Positions 61,230 to 64,000 of a stretch of 64,000 nt of DNA are shown here, one piece after another; position 1 is the first letter of the stretch, and every line of letters begins with the position of its first letter. Position numbers and translations under genes: made by a program. The notes beneath the pieces were generated by a model. It searched no databases. It was not told the DNA's origin and saw only the letters and a program-made list of their open reading frames with translations. The stretch comes from Balanoglossus misakiensis. Lineage: Eukaryota > Animalia > Hemichordata. The stretch covers positions 3,836,699 through 3,900,698 of the forward strand of contig CM082581.2 in the NCBI GenBank assembly GCA_040954595.2, in the 5' to 3' direction.

Positions 61230-62790
61230 CCAAAATGAGCGATGTATGGTGTCATCCATGGGGGTCTACTGAATCTTGAGAAGACTAAGTTATTACCCTT
61301 GATTTCAGCTTGGCTGTTTAACTGGCATGCATAAAGATCTACGTTGGCAAATGGTGATCATCAGAGAGTAACTGTTGTCTGTAAAAAATGGAAAAAGACC
61401 AATAAACATTTTGTGTCAAACAGTCCAATGGTAAAAGGTAGCAGCTATCTCCTGTCTTTCAAAATAAGCAATTAAAATCTACTTGCTGTCATCCATGCAA
61501 AATGAGTCGCCTTTTACACTCCGGGTGATAGGAGTGTCTTGAAACTGACCTCCATTACATTTGGATGGTGGGGAGTTGCAGCTTCAATAGTTACCTTGGA
61601 AATATGTTGTCTGCTCTACAGGCATAACACATCTCTATATGATTGTGTAGGTTGGCAGATTGTGTAGGTTGGCAGTTGTTGATCATCAGAGATAAACTGG
61701 TATCTGCAAAACATGAAAAAAGACCAATACATATATTTTGTGACCAACAACACAATGGTCAAATGTAGCAGAATTGATCTGTCTTCATGGACAATACAAT
61801 GCCGATACGTCCAAAATGAGCCATTAAAATCTATATGCTGTCATCCATGGTGTCTACCAAATCTTGAAATCTAAGTTTTACCTTACCCGCTACCTTTGAA
61901 TCTGCTTCGCTGCAGAAATGTACACAGATCTAGTTTGGTACATGTTGACCATCAGTTGTCATCTGCAAATATGAAAAATATATCAATATTAAAGCATGTC
62001 TGAGTCAAACAGCACTACAGTAAAATGTATCTATGGACAGAGATGATCTCCTGTCTTCATGGACAATACAATATGTCACTCACTGCCGTCCAAAATGAGC
62101 AATATACCGTATGGGGGCGCTACTGAATCTTGAGAAGACTAAGTTATTACCCTTGATTTCAGCTTGGCTGCTAAAGGCATGCATACAGATCTACGTTGGC
62201 AAATGGTGACCATCAGAGAGAAACTGTTGTCTGTAAAAAGGGAAAAATAGACCAATACATACTTTTGTGTCAAAAAGAGCAGACTGGTAAAATGTAGCAA
62301 ATGATCTTCTGTCTTCATGAACCTGATACAGTACATTCGAAATGAGCCATATGCTGTCATTCACGGGGTCTACCAAATTATGAGGAGACTATGTTACGGT
62401 ATTACCTTTGAATCTGCTTGGCTACTTTACAGGCATCCACACAGATCTAGTCTGGCAGTTTTTGATCATCAGAGAAACTTCTGTACACAAATGAAAAAAA
62501 TATGCCAATAAAAAGACAGTAAAATGGATCTATGGACAGATGATTTACTGTCTTCAAGAACAATGCAAGGCGCCGTACAGTTGTGGACAAATCTTGGCCT
62601 TTTGTGATTTAGAGATCTTCATCGTGGTTCATGAAGGTAATGTACTTCAATGGCTGCTCACACAAAATAAATTTGCATACCAACACCACAGGAATCATGT
62701 TACCTGGTTACCAGCTTGGCATCTGGGCTGGAGGATACATTGCATCATGGGCTGGAGGATTGTTGCATCATTGCAATCTGAAACTAACGA
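61230..62790 (-). other. Tandem exon-like units (5 copies) plus the same 74-nt segment
   Basis: 61297-61378, 61595-61703, ~61897-61962, 62151-62230, ~62406-62480 and 62704-62777, mostly with AG/GT signals. Confidence 0.55.
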
Positions 62791-64000
62791 GAGAAAACAT
62801 GTGTAAATAGACAATTATAACTGACTGCTATAAACTGCAACTTGGCTGCTAACAAACTCCAAAACCTGCAACAAATAATAAATAGTAAATATTAATTCAT
62901 TATCATAGACAGGGCGGGTTTTATGTCATCTATTGTCTACTTCGCATACATTGTTCTGCGCCTTTCATCTGTTGGCTATTTAGATAGCTGATAAACATTA
63001 TCCATCGTAAAATTCTAGGATCTGATAAACTTATTTCATTATACTATATAGACTTACAAAAAATGTAACTATCTCCACTTCATTGGGAGAAACATGGACC
63101 AGTAATCAGTCAACAAATCACTGCCAATGACGCAAAAACTCTATTACCAACAAATTATCCCCCAGTAGTTATCACCTTTCTACATATTATGTATTATATT
63201 TGTATTACTATGCCTATCACTAATTTTAGCTCCTAAATGGATAATCACCATTACAGCTTTTGCAGAGTTTTAAGTTTAAGAAAACGACACAGTGCTAAAA
63301 ACTGTACAAATTATTAATGCGCTTTTCAGTTATTCCCTAAATCATCATAAATATTTACTAAATTATGCCTTTAAGCTATTAGCATACTTGACAATATCAC
63401 TACAAATTCAACACATTTCATCATCATCATCATCATCATATCATCATCATCACAACCGCCATCAAGTATCAATGTCAATCATCACCATAACAATAAGCAA
63501 CAACAATTAACATGAAAACTGCCACCACCATCACCAACTTTACATGGAAAAAACCCAAAATATTAAATGACCCATGAAAATCACAAACTTGCAACCAATG
63601 GCATCCTACAAAGTCATCAGTTTATTAATCTAGCTATACTATACTCTTAAATATTATCTGTTTATTATTATCAGTAGGTAAATTAGTAAGTCTAAGAATT
63701 TTGTAATACCGTACGGTAATAAACCTTCAATTGGTAATTATTCATATGCATAGTTGACATATACACCAGTAATTCTGAATGTTGATTTATTAAATTACTG
63801 CAACTTCCATAACAGACATGTTGCTATGCAAATTGCTTTCCAATTTACAAATGAGTGCTCACTTTAGGGGAAAGACAATGAGCTGTTGGTGAAACTGACT
63901 GGATGGTATTAAACACAATAAAATACAGGTATTCCCGTACACATCTGAAATACAAATCTTACATAATGCAATGTTTATTTAATAATCTGGAATAAAATCA

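Larger units (their letters stand above)
54876..64000. repeat. Segmental duplication, right copy (open at window end)
   Basis: Colinear with 1-9767; 54876 also matches the internal unit starting at 578. Confidence 0.95.

Noticed and set aside
1-64000. tRNA or rRNA genes
   Set aside because: No cloverleaf with A/B boxes or rRNA-like segment recognised by eye; tRNAscan-SE or Infernal would be needed to exclude them.

Overview
AT-rich, intron-rich animal DNA, probably an invertebrate deuterostome such as a hemichordate (inferred from gene content and repeat style, not tested). I traced two multi-exon genes by hand on the minus strand, with GT-AG junctions and consistent phases. One is a 20-exon GH38 alpha-mannosidase, MAN2B2-like (39473->18796). 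The other is a 13-coding-exon MFS transporter, MFSD10-like (51800->42957). MAN2B2 intron 16 holds an intronless, same-strand TRIM-NHL gene (RING, 2 B-boxes, coiled coil, filamin, NHL) split by one frameshift at T_TTC_CCA_TAG. That intron also holds a decayed DUF3504/Crypton-like element with a 77-bp foldback. Both ends of the window are diverged direct copies of a block of at least 9 kb (1-9767 and 54942-64000). Each copy has a ~475-bp AT-rich repeat, a 91-bp satellite with X-box-like motifs, a G-rich minisatellite and a tandem array of short exon-like units with no continuous ORF; these arrays expanded differently in the two copies. The rest is hAT, pogo and CR1 remnants plus many MITEs (TAA, TTAA, TA and 9-bp TSDs), including an asymmetric long-hairpin-plus-inverted-repeat class. 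All calls come from reading the sequence; no searches were run.
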